DNA of 63,216 nt, filler included, from Sphacelaria rigidula (Eukaryota): NCBI GenBank assembly GCA_964200075.2. It is 6 parts of 6 records of this genome, joined end to end, with 100 filler letters (N's around TTAATTAATTAA, not from the genome) between each part and the next. Parts side by side here need not be neighbours in the genome. Positions count along the whole stretch, not along the records: positions 31,661 to 42,112 come from CAXNAA020006464.1; positions 42,213 to 52,664 come from CAXNAA020006465.1; 4 more parts are not named here. One strand, written 5' to 3'. The first letter of the stretch is position 1. Each line of letters starts with the position of its first letter. Below are positions 33,072 through 44,309 of the stretch, piece by piece. The position numbers and the translations under genes are program-made. Below the pieces are notes generated by a model. That model worked only from the letters and a program-made list of their open reading frames with translations, was not told the DNA's origin and searched no databases.

Positions 33072-35870
33072 TTATAGCGGGGTCGACTGTATCCTCTTTA
33101 TGCGCATTTTCACCATACGGGTACAACAATCGTGCAACTCTCCCTTTGCGAAAGGTTTCGAGAGGAAGAAATCGGCCCCAGCATCCATCAGGTCATTCCT
33201 CGAGGAGTCCGTGAGATCCGCGGTGAACCCCGTTATGGGGACTTTCGGTAAGCCATTCTCCGACTCGTAATTTCTTATGTTTCTTATGCACTCCACACCA
33301 GATGCGACGGGCATGTGATGATCCATAAGCACACCATCGATGGTATCGTTCGACTCGCACATGGACTTCACCAGTTCGTACCCCAGGAGGCCGTTCTCTG
33401 CCGTCCTGATCACCGTGGAGTCTCCCATACATGTCGTTATCTGTTTCGTGATGAGTTTCAGGTTTATCTTGTTGTCGTCTACTATCATGAAGGTGGTCAC
33501 ATCGGGTACCGATTCCATTCCATCCTCTTCCGAGTTTCCCGTGCTGATGTTTGTCGTCGATGCCAACAGACGGCCGGCTCTTTCCATAGGTATAATAACC
33601 ATGATATGTGTCCCCCTTTTTACCGTGGAAGCCAGTGCCATTTGGCCCTTCATGGCCTTTACGTTTAGTAGACATATGTGAAGACCCAGACCAGTGCCTT
33701 GATAGGTCTTCTTCACCCCGATCGAGACCTGTGTGTAAGGGTTGAAGAGAATCACCAGATCCTTCCTCGAGATTCCGCACCCGGTGTCTTGAATAGATAG
33801 ACACACCCATGTACATCCACGCGTTTCCCTGTCGGAGACTCCCTCTTCTACCACGTGGACGGCTTCGTAGGGACCAAAACATTCTTTTCGGTATGTCAGC
33901 GCCGAACCTAGACCCTCGAAGGACCTAGATATCACCCTGACGGATCCTCCCCTCTCCGTGAATTTTATCGCATTCTGGCATAGGTTGTCCATGATGTGTT
34001 TTATCTTGAGAGGATCTCCGTAGACCAACAGGTTCTGCCCCAGTCCACCGTCTTCTACGAGTAACACGCCATTATTCGAGCCGAACGACCGCATGGTCTC
34101 TATCGTGGAATCCAGAACCTGGCTAATCTTGATGACAGACATATCAGCCTCGTTCTTGTGGTTTCCCTTAGCGATGTTGAGTATACTGTCTAGCGTGCGC
34201 ATCATCGTGTTTCCGCAGTCAAGAGCCATCTTCGTGAAGCCCCTTCTCTCGTCAGGGCTCATGTTGACGTTGTCGTTCAGGATGTGTAGCGCGCTCATCA
34301 CTCCGTGGAAAGGGGTCCTGAGTTCATGTGACATGTGGGCGAAGAGCTCGTAGTCCTCTTGGGCCCTCCTCATTATGCTGTTGTGCTCGGAGTTGTGATC
34401 CTCCCTAACCTGCATGAAGTCATCCAACATGTCGATCAAATCTCTGTCGAAGCTCGTCCAAGATCTAGGCATCTCCTTCCCCTCTTGGATGTACTTTTCG
34501 AACGATTTCCTCGGACAAGGCAGACCGTCCTCCTCCACGGAGGGATGTAACTCGTCCGGGTTCCCTCCCCAGGAGACGTCTTTACAGTCCGGCGCACGCG
34601 TTAGAATTACCGCATTTCGTCCTCTTTTAACGCAGGCGTAGGACCGTAACGGGTTCTCGACGACACCCAGGTGTACTCCAGGGAGAGACCCTCCCTTCAC
34701 ATACTTTATCGACCAATCCATATCGCCCCCGCTGTAGCACGTCCCCGCCTCCTCGTCCACGACAGCTAACGATTCCGCGTCGAAGATGGACAGTATATCC
34801 TGTAGGTTGTCCCTAAAACAATTGCTCAGGGGGTCCCTCTTTTTGTCGGCGCTCATCACCTCCTCTAACGTTTTCCCGCGTAGATGTCGCGTGTTTCGGT
34901 TGTGACTCTCGATCTGCGACGCCGCCACCGATGCTAGTCGCTGGATCATGATGCGTCGTTCCGGGGAGGGCCACGTGGGCTTGCCGTATGCGTGGTAGGC
35001 CACAAGACCCCATAGGTTGCCGTCGACTACTATCGCATTAGACATCGACGACACCACGCCCATCCCTTTAAGGTACATATTGTGCGGACTGACGCACCCC
35101 CTCAGGAAACACTTTGTAAGGTCCACCCCTTGATCGCCGACGAGGATACACGGGTCCAGTTCGACGTTAGATATCAATCGGAAGTGGTTCGACAGGTAAA
35201 CCGCCCTGGCATTCGCGGGTATGTCCCCAGCTGGGAATCTCAGCCCTTTGTACCTGGACCGGATACTGGTCCGTACTTTCTCATGTATGACTTCTCCCGA
35301 GTTGTCTTCCAAGAACCTGTACACCATACCTCGGTCGTAGTCGGAATCCTTCATGATGGAGTCGCAGAGTGTGGAAACTACCATGTCGATGCTCTGACAT
35401 GACGTAATCCTTTTCGCGATCTCTCCCGTTTTCAGCATGATGGCATTGGCTTCGGACTGAATGTTAGCATCGATGGGTTCGAGTTCTATCAATAACGTCC
35501 CGGACGGTGACGACGAAACGGTCATGTGTACGTCGGAAACCATGCCATCGCCGGAGTGAAGAAGACCTGCCATCCTCTGACATCTATACATGTAACCCTT
35601 GGTCTGGTTTGTGTTGGTGTCACTCGCCATCACCACGGAACGCATTGTGGATTCCATCGTTTCGACGACAGTGGGTTCGAAGAGGACGTGTAACGATTTC
35701 CCCAGAACCTCTTGGATGGGCAATTGCTTGACCCAGGACCATTTGTGTAGGTTGTTCGAAACGGAAACGATGCTTAAGTCGGACATTTTCACGGCCACAA
35801 CAAGACCGATGTCCTGTATGTACCCGATGCGTAACACGTCCTGTTCCTCGCATCTTTTAAGAGAAGCCAT
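33072..35870 (-). CDS. Phytochrome-like hybrid sensor histidine kinase (PAS-GAF-PHY-HisKA-HATPase_c-REC), intronless, phaeovirus/brown-algal type
   Basis: 932-aa uninterrupted ORF. N-terminal C7 in CEEQDVLRIGYIQ (BphP CxxEPIHIPGxIQ); GAF YDRGMVYRF, PAGDIP(213-218), LRGCVSPH263NMYL, LWGLVAYH; PHY WGGNP and PRKSF; H-box MSH515ELRTP; N-box NLCQNAIKFT; G1 DTGCGI; G2 GTGLGL; REC VDD, LMD850HHMP, TA, K905P. Confidence 0.96.
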   Translation of the reverse strand: MASLKRCEEQDVLRIGYIQDIGLVVAVKMSDLSIVSVSNNLHKWSWVKQLPIQEVLGKSLHVLFEPTVVETMESTMRSVVMASDTNTNQTKGYMYRCQRMAGLLHSGDGMVSDVHMTVSSSPSGTLLIELEPIDANIQSEANAIMLKTGEIAKRITSCQSIDMVVSTLCDSIMKDSDYDRGMVYRFLEDNSGEVIHEKVRTSIRSRYKGLRFPAGDIPANARAVYLSNHFRLISNVELDPCILVGDQGVDLTKCFLRGCVSPHNMYLKGMGVVSSMSNAIVVDGNLWGLVAYHAYGKPTWPSPERRIMIQRLASVAASQIESHNRNTRHLRGKTLEEVMSADKKRDPLSNCFRDNLQDILSIFDAESLAVVDEEAGTCYSGGDMDWSIKYVKGGSLPGVHLGVVENPLRSYACVKRGRNAVILTRAPDCKDVSWGGNPDELHPSVEEDGLPCPRKSFEKYIQEGKEMPRSWTSFDRDLIDMLDDFMQVREDHNSEHNSIMRRAQEDYELFAHMSHELRTPFHGVMSALHILNDNVNMSPDERRGFTKMALDCGNTMMRTLDSILNIAKGNHKNEADMSVIKISQVLDSTIETMRSFGSNNGVLLVEDGGLGQNLLVYGDPLKIKHIMDNLCQNAIKFTERGGSVRVISRSFEGLGSALTYRKECFGPYEAVHVVEEGVSDRETRGCTWVCLSIQDTGCGISRKDLVILFNPYTQVSIGVKKTYQGTGLGLHICLLNVKAMKGQMALASTVKRGTHIMVIIPMERAGRLLASTTNISTGNSEEDGMESVPDVTTFMIVDDNKINLKLITKQITTCMGDSTVIRTAENGLLGYELVKSMCESNDTIDGVLMDHHMPVASGVECIRNIRNYESENGLPKVPITGFTADLTDSSRNDLMDAGADFFLSKPFAKGELHDCCTRMVKMRIKRIQSTPL

Positions 35871-36922
35871 GATGCCGATATCGGATATATATGTATCTAG
35901 TGATACTCTCGTCCGCTGTTGAAGAGCTGAGAATCGCGGGATGCTGACAGGCGGGCGTCGGGCTGGAGACGAGAGTAGGCTCGCGACGCGTTAGGTGTCG
36001 ACTCGGATAGAATGGTCACGCACCGTCTCCGAGGGCGCGAGAAGTGCTTCCTTACCCTTGTGTACCCCAGTCAGCAGCAGGTAGTTTTTCGAGATGTCCC
36101 GCTCAGCTGGTGAGCAATAGGCAGAATTCCTGTGCTTGGATACCTTACGCCCGCTGATGAAGCTACGCGCTTAGTAAGTCATGGGCTGAAGTCCAGCTAC
36201 CGTCCTTTCCTTCTTCCCCTTTCCGAAGATTGCTGTGACTTGCTGCGCAAATGGGCACAGGGAAACGCATGTCGTCGATCAAAATCGAGATTGGTGGCTG
36301 TTGAGCACATTCAGATCTGAGACACTCACCAAGCCCAATACCGTACTGCTCCGTCTAAATGTAAGAATCTGCGACAGCTATTAAGGGTGAAATTCCGCGA
36401 CTCGCCAGCAGTGCTGCATGAAACGGCGGGATTCGCGTTTCGGAAAACTGTTCAACGAGTTTTACGGTGTATGTGTTGGAGCGGGGGACATTTAAGTCGT
36501 GTAATGCGCATTTTGCAACCACGCACCAGGAGCAGATCCATGACCGGTCCATGGAAATGAACCCTGTATTTCTAGGGAGGGTTCTGCTGCTGATGGACCA
36601 TGCGTGTGAGAATAAATCTGCCACTGCGGGCATGCGTGTGCAAAGTACGGCATAGAAGGAAGTGCACAAGTGCTGCTGGTGGCATGTGTCCAAGGCGAAA
36701 TATTCCTTTGCTCGAAAATTAAGGCGTGACAATCGATCAAATCAATCAATCGAGAAAAAACACTTGCTGTAGTACGTCGTAGCGCAGGTCGGTGGCTGGT
36801 ACAATCCCGCTCAGTTGTGTGGGAGGGGTTAGGCCCTATTGAACAGACAAGCTGGGCACATTGTCGACGTATATTCGACGCTGGTGTCTCACTTTCCCTG
36901 TCCCATGAGCTTGCGCGGTTAA

Positions 36923-37218
36923 CAACGTTTTAGTGAGATTGAGAGTGGAGCGCTGATTGAGAGTGACTTTGATCATTCGCTTTGACTTGGCCAATTTTTT
37001 ATTCCGTGTGTGATTTTCTTTGTCTCCATCACTGGCGTGTGCTTACATCTACACGTCGACATCCCAACCAAGGATATCAAGGGCCACAGTGGCGAGCTAC
37101 TACAAAAAGTATATCGGGCCTCGCGGAGGGGCATTTCGATACTGAAACGATTCGTTCATTAATCGATTGTTTTTCACTCTCAATCGTATCCTCTACTCTC
37201 AATCTCACGAAAACATTG
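36923..37218 (+). mobile_element. MITE family M1
   Basis: TIRs caacgttttagtgagattgagagt / actctcaatctcacgaaaacattg. Confidence 0.8.
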
Positions 37219-38255
37219 CTAGTTGCGGTCATAGTGCACGAACGATCTCGAAGCCGTCGACGAATGTTTTTTGGGAATTTTGAATGTCTTTCGGGCTGAT
37301 CCGAATACTTCTTATCTTCTCCCACGGAGTTGACCAATACACCCTCGAGAATGACCAGAAGCCGAAGTAGGCGGCGAGGGTTTGTATGTCCTCGCGTTGT
37401 AAATATTTCGAAGAAGCTGCAATTTTTTTCGCCCCGTTTCAAACTGCTTCTCCTCTCATTCACTTTAGTCGTTGTCCGGGAAGGCCCAGGCCTCTGTGCT
37501 CCCATCCTCAGGACTACCCACAACCCGATAGGAAGGTGCCGACAACAATGAAAGATACCGCTACCTCCTTGCACATATTGGAGATTGTGCTCTTTGGCAC
37601 CGAGCAATAATGTCTGTATATTTCTCCTCCATTTTATACCTTACGCCAAACGTTTCTGGGTGCAATAGATCCGAACGTACGGTGAGCGTCCATGCAAACG
37701 TGACTGCACATGCTTAGCGGACAAGCAAGAATACTCAAACTGCTGCGAGTATAGAGTTGCAGGCTTGAGGCATTGGTCTCCCACATCGAACACGCCAAGG
37801 GTGGGAGGTAGCGGAGACGATGGAAACGTCACGATATGTAGCATTCCAGAGAGTGCCACAGAGAAATAAGAACGATAGTGTTCACCCAGGGGGGCGTCAG
37901 GACCGGAATTGTGGCACCCCCGTTCCCAACCAATTTGTTTTTGGTCGTGGTTGTTTTGGAAAAGGCTGTTTCATATAGCGTGTGGCCAATGTGCGTCACG
38001 TTGGTCGCGGAGTTCATCTAGAGTCAAACGTTAAGCAGGTGTGGCTGAGTGCATCCGAATCGGTGTTTACGTGTGCCGATAACAGTACCACCGGAGGGGT
38101 AATGCGGGCGAGGAAGCTCCTCGACCGTGTCTTTTTTGTGTCTTCCTCCCGCTATTCCTAAGTGGTCGAGAGATCGGCATCAGGTTACCACCACACACAC
38201 CACTTGCCAGCCCTCCCCTCGGCGCAAGAACGGCAGGCGGTCAGTTGTACAGTTC

Positions 38256-38294
<39 letters not shown>

Positions 38295-39206
38295 GAGATA
38301 TGCGGCTTGGCTTGCCGCATCTTGACTGATGTATTCGTGTCTTCTCTCGCGCGCTGACCAGTGCAACGCTCGATTCTTTCCTGCCTCTCGTGTTGGACAG
38401 GACGTGCCCCTGTGCGCTAGAGAACACGCCATCGAAAAGCAGGGCGGTGTTCCTGTCACCGCTACCGTTATCACGTGCACACGTGCGAGCAATGACAGTT
38501 GCGCGAAGATTCAATGGCATGTGAGGGGTGCTATTGTAAGCATCGTGTAGAAGTCGCCGCAAGGGCAGTGGTACAGGTTACGATTCCTAGGGCCGAAGCT
38601 CATGATAATAGGGTGGCGCGTGCACTACGCCAAGTTGACAGGGAGCTTGAGTGGGCCGGACCTCCACATTGCCTTGAGCGAAGCTTGCGGACGCTCGAGG
38701 TGCCTACCCCACATGTCTGCCGTGAGGCAGTCTAGCCGAGCCTCCGGGTAATCGGCACATGAATGCGCTCGCGGGAAAATTGTTGGCTCAGATTTTTTCC
38801 CTTCTTCAAGGGAATAAATGATGAAATGGTCAGGGCAATGTAGCATGGAACTCACGACCACAGAGACCTTCTCGGCATGCTCGGTGAAACAAGATACACG
38901 TAGCTGCGGCTTAGCGGCTGGCGTGGCCCACATGGAGGCTGGCATACTGTATGCTACCAGCTGCTTGGCGCTGTTTTTGACGTATTTAATGCGCGTTGTT
39001 GGCAGGGATGGTGCCTTTAATTTTTCGATCATCCTTTACTCTGCCGAGGCTACCACAAGCTTTTGCCTGACGCGGATATGATTCCACCGCGAGCAAAGGG
39101 CGTTTCCGTGACATGTGGACTACTTGCCCATTTGTGGCTCATGTCGCCGAGTGCTGATCAAACAAGTCTTGCCTAAGATATCGTAGTTTGGAGCTGAACC
39201 AGGGGA

Positions 39207-40572
39207 TTCTTGAAATTGCTTTTGTAGTTGGCGATTTCAAGCAACTTTTTGCATGGCATCGCTAATCCCAGTGGGCGTTTGATACCAAAAAACGGGAGAT
39301 ACTTGGCATCCGCTCTATATTCCGAAATAAACCCATCTCTACGCTCAATATTGAACGACTTAGGGGCTGATCGGTCTTCGGGGGTCCTGCGACTCCTCAG
39401 CTCCAGGTTTTGATACTTGAAACGTTTTGCTCAATTGGAGCAATCCCGATCTTTCTCGTGAAATAATGAAAATACGTTTGTTTCATTTCTCCCTCCTCAT
39501 TGCGCTACAGCAAAAAGACTGTGTTTTATGGCGTTTGAAAAAACTGTGCTTTTTTACCTCTGACGGTCGATAATACCCCCCTGATGAACGAGTTCCTTAC
39601 TCTCTTTCTGGCAGGGAGCCACACTCAACCCTCGTCCTGACTTTCGCAAGAACGAAGGCTTCCGCTGGGTTAATATACCACTTCTCCGAAATGGTGCTGC
39701 AGACAAGCGTTCACATCCGCCCAACGGGCTAGTGCTACTCGTCGAGACCCCCGCGTCCAAATGTATATCATACCGACTCCGTATTACCCTGATAACACCA
39801 ACTTGAGGATTGTGTCGTGAGCACCGCCTGTTTCTTTTCCCGATTTCGTTCGACGCTAGGACTTTCGAGTGCTGAGGATAAACAACACTATACGGGAATA
39901 TTAAGGAAAGTATCCAACTACGAAAATTGCCCAACCGAGCTCTGAATAGCACAGGGGGCATGAACTACACCCAATCGATCTCGTGAATATTTTGGTCCGC
40001 CTCGTGTTGCTTTTTCTCCATTCATCGCGCTAGAGCGAAAAATAATATTTGTTAGGACCAACAACAGTCAATCACACTCCCTGTCAATCTTTCAGTAGGG
40101 TATCTTCCTGAATGTTATCGTGTAGTATATCCTTAGCACTCGACGTCCTAGTGTGGAACGATATCGGGGGATAAGCCGGTAGTGCTGACGACACAATCCT
40201 CAAGTTCGTGTCATCGGGGTGAGACGGAGTAAGGATCTCATGTATCAGGGGATATTATCGACCGTCACTGGTCCAAAAACCTTCGGCTCCAGCCCAATGA
40301 GTAGGGAGAATTTGGGATGATCAGTTTTGCTTCAATCGTGCAAAAATACTCAGAAGTCAGAACCCGGGGCCAGGGTAGTCGCAGGATCCCGAGGACCGGT
40401 CAGCTCGGAAGTATTTCAGCATTGGATAAGGAGATGAGTTTTGATTCAGAATATGGAGCAGATGCCTAGTATCTCCCGATTGCTAAACTTTGGGATAGAA
40501 TGTTCAATGGGATGAGCGATGGCACGCGAAAACACTCTTGAAAATCGTCGACTACAAAATGATTACAAAAAA
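39207..40572. mobile_element. Foldback element with long degenerate inverted arms
   Basis: 39215-39450 vs 40320-40560 and 39555-39915 vs 40098-40275 are reverse complements (cttgaggattgtgtcgt/acgacacaatcctcaag; cggtcgataata/tattatcgaccg). Confidence 0.8.
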
Positions 40573-41417
40573 GAAACAGTCAGCTCGAAACTACTGCAGC
40601 CGAGAGAGATTCCCATTTTGGTTTTTCGTTTTTTTTCTTAGCAAGCTTCATACAAGCAAGGAAAAGGACGTCGGGTGTGTGTCACGCGTAACGAGAAGGC
40701 ACGGCTCTATTGACACAAACCTACTACCAGACAAGTATCGTGACATACGTGCGTGATGCTCAGGTAGCCGTGTTGTCGCGACAGGCTCCTTGGGTGGTAC
40801 TTCGATCCTGCGCCGCCCGAGAGGTCATGCTCACAGCAGCAACTTGGTTTTTTGCTTATAGCGCATGCTGTTGTTCCCCTCTCTACGGCCCACACAATTT
40901 ATTGTCGCTGACGGTACGCAGCTGGTGATGTGTTGAAGAAGGGTGTATAGAAATTCAATTGAAGCTGTTTTGATACCCTTAAAACGGGTGCCAGAAAAAC
41001 GCCAAGAGAACGCACTTTGCTCAGCTCCCCAGAAGCATGAAGGAAAACGACGCCACCGTCTTTGTCGAGCGCCTACTAGTGAAGCCGGTGACAGACAAGA
41101 TCGTTTTCCATTAATCAATTCCTCCATTTTCACCCCCTGTGACAGGTCTCCAGCAAAGAAATTGCGATCCCGCAACATGGCAAGTGCGCTTTGGTTCTCC
41201 TGAATATATTCCCCTATATAACTAGTACGCTTCGGGCCGAACAATCCTACAAGAATGTATCTCACCCTCCATGCGACTCGCCGAACACATCACGGCGCTT
41301 CGCGCTTGGTAATTACGAGCCTGATCAGGCGGTTACCAGGCGAACTCTATCCCGATTTTGAAGGGATGCGAGGCCAATGGTTTATGACTGCGGCGTTCAA
41401 GATCATCATGAGTTCAC

Positions 41418-41770
41418 CGGCCGGTCGCCCTGGTGGCTCTGTTGGTCACTTCAAATCCTTCTGACGGTTGGGTGGTGGGTTTGAACGGTGGTGAAGTCAC
41501 CTGATCTAGGATTCTTTCTCACACCATGCCCAACGGTGGAGAACGACTATGTCGTGGGTACACAAAATTCGACTTAGCGGTCGACAAGGAAAAGTGACTG
41601 CTGAACCCCTCTCGCGATAAAAAAACAAAGGCAAGCACCGAAGAATGAAGGCGGAGTACTAAAACAAGATGACAAAAAATCCTGTGTTGCCCTTCCTCCT
41701 GTGTGACCACGGCTGATGCGCCCATATATACCGAAAGGTGTAGACTGGCGTTCAGAACAGATGGAATGAC
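41418..41770 (+). mobile_element. SINE family A
   Basis: gccggtcgccc head plus body. Confidence 0.8.
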
Positions 41771-43090
41771 ACCATGCACAACATCACCACCACCCCCCCC
41801 TAGTCAATGGTCTTATAACTATGGCATGCATGATCATGAGTACACCGCCCCCCACCATCTCCTCCCCCCGCCATACTGTTTCGATCGATGGTGCAAAATT
41901 TCCATGATGCTGTTTGTAAAATAAAAATCGATGCCTCCCTGGTTGTTGCTCCGTCTGGAAAGGGATGCGTGGTCAGTGGTCAAACGACTGAGGAAGGCAT
42001 AAAATGAGTACGCCACCCCCCCCCCTGGTTCACTGGTTAGACACCCATGAGGCAGTGTATAAGCCGTGGCTGTCTCTGGAAGTGGCGATACCACAGAATA
42101 AAGCAACTCATTNNNNNNNNNNNNNNNNNNNNNNNNNNNNNNNNNNNNNNNNNNNNTTAATTAATTAANNNNNNNNNNNNNNNNNNNNNNNNNNNNNNNN
42201 NNNNNNNNNNNNTCTCAGACACGTGGAATGGCGCAAAAGTTGCGTGTATACCCCTTGGACCAGCGGTCAACTTCTTTCTTCCTTTTGGGCAATCAGGCCG
42301 AAGAAATCGTGGATTCGGCGATTCGTTGTTGTGATGATTCGTCCTAACCGACAACGATTCCCGGCAGTTCGCTCGCTGTCAGAACGTAACCGATACCACT
42401 CAACGAACAGGACGATGCGCGTGCGTTAGTAGTGCTGTCAAGGGTCTGTCGAGAGATTTTTTTCGTACACGGAGCCCCCCCCCCCCTCCCCTCCCGGAGG
42501 ACATTTTTTTCCAAAAATTGTCATGATTTTCAGTACATATTTTTACTTTGTGTGTGTATTTTTTTGGATATATAGAGATCAACAAACACTGACAAATACC
42601 GAAAGGTCTGGCGGGCTTTGCGAGGTTCGTATATTTGCTTCTGCTCTTTGCCCGCCCTGTCTCGATGACCTCGTTTGCCAACAACGCTCACAGACATCAA
42701 TGTACAATACACGAGCGCACGGTAGCGACAGTCTGTAGCCAAAGTAGTAACATCATCTCACGCCTCGCCAAATTTGCCCGGACTACTACTAGTGGTAGGT
42801 AGTCGAGGCACACGACACGGAACATGAATCCATGAATGTAATCATGGTAGGTGATTACCTTGGAGGGGCGGTGTGTCCGTCATGTCAGCGGTTTCCATGC
42901 CAAGGATCTCGGTATACACGACAGCTGATCGCATCCGCCAACGCTTCGGCAATATACTAGGGGACAGCAGGCTGGGTGTCCCCCCCCTCAAAAACTCGAA
43001 TTTTTTATCTTGGGGGCTACGTGTCCCGAAATATTTTTTCGACAGACCCTTGGTGCAGCACAGTTATTTAACAGATCAAGTTTAATATTA

Positions 43091-43415
43091 CACACGCAGT
43101 CATTTGGCTACACCCCAAAATGCCTCTGGAGGAATGCGCGGCCCTCCAGGGGGAAAACAAGCCTCCGGAGGCCTTCAATCCCTCTGGCGAAAACCAAACT
43201 CTACCGACCCGGAGGGTCGCACACCCCTACGGAGGAATTTGGGAGTATGCGCGGGCCTCCAGGGGAAGAAGTAAGCCTCCGGAGGCGTTTAATCCCTCTG
43301 GAGGAAACCAAAAAATCTCCTCTGGAGGGCCGCGCACCCCTCCGGAGGCATTTAATTTCTCTGGGAGGCTCGAAAAGTTTACCCACCTGGAGGAGGTAGC
43401 CAAATGGCCGCATGT
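43091..43415 (+). mobile_element. MITE family M2
   Basis: TIRs and internal repeats as at 22494-22826. Confidence 0.85.
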
Positions 43416-44309
43416 GCATGGTTTGATCAAAAAATGATTGTGTTTTACGTCGATATATATACGTAGCGTCACGCAAAATGATGATTCGCCGAAGGGCGTC
43501 GCCAGACCACCCTGCGAACACTTGTGCACTCAAGGGTGCACCGCACCATGTACTAGTCACCTCTGTACGCACACGAGGCATGGTTGATAACCACCTACTA
43601 CTGTAGGAAGCATTCCTCAACACAAGAGATGTATACGTGCAACCTATCTACAGAGAGAGTGACGCCAATTTTTCCGGCACGCTCGATCGAAACGCAAAAT
43701 CACCATCATGGTCGTTGCCCGCTCCCGATGCCGAGTCTTCAATCCAGATCCCGGCTGAATACCTTACACCCTCGGCATTGGACTACATTGTCAACAAATG
43801 TACTGCGTACAGTGTGTGTTGTGTGTTGTCGTCCCATTAATTCTGGGCGCTAGTCTACCCCTTTCGGGATATGTGGGCGCATCAGCCGGGGTCACACAGG
43901 AGGAAGGTCAACGCAGGAGCTTTTTTCTACAGTGTGGAGTACATTGTACGTTGAAATAGACGCAATGCACGATACTGTACGCAAAACTTTCTCACAATGT
44001 AATCTATTGTTTCTGTGGAATACTCCGACCCGCCGCCGATGGGTCCATCTGGTCCACCGTCACAGCAATTGCAACTGATCGGATCTGTTTCCCGCTCCGA
44101 CTTCCTCACCGTCGCCCTCCCGCGCTTCCGCCCTCGCGCCAGTACGACTCCCCACCATGAGTGATACGAACCGCTGCCCCCGACGCGTTGCTCGCTCCAC
44201 TCGTCTCGCCCTTTCGATGGTACGCCGTGGACCCGCCCCTTCCATCGTTTGCCGTGGATCCGCCCCTTCCATAGTGAGAGAAACAAATGAAGATTTCGAT
44301 GGCGCGATG

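Larger units (their letters stand above)
36000..41220 (-). pseudogene. Decayed Plavaka-like (EnSpm-related) transposase in pieces, interrupted by a MITE and a foldback
   Basis: Collinear fragments: MLRDRNFFAGDL and KTASIEFLY (~40950-41200), KNSAKQLVAYSMP and TIFPRAHSCADYPE (38625-39032), PTLGVFD (~37790), KTFKIPKKHS..HY (~37230-37290). Recognised by eye only; the 3' limit is uncertain. Confidence 0.5.

Noticed and set aside
33193-33882. 229-aa overlapping ORF and antisense ORFs within the phytochrome
   Set aside because: Alternative-frame shadows with no recognisable motifs.
33072-35870. Bacterial contaminant bacteriophytochrome
   Set aside because: The same contig carries host SINE/LINE/MITE families seen on other contigs, and there is no operon, bphO or gene-dense flank.
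26990-37218. Inverted M1 MITE pair forming a composite transposon around the phytochrome
   Set aside because: The two copies are on different contigs separated by an artificial spacer.
31661-42112. Intact integrated phaeovirus segment
   Set aside because: No other long intronless ORF or recognisable NCLDV gene on the contig.
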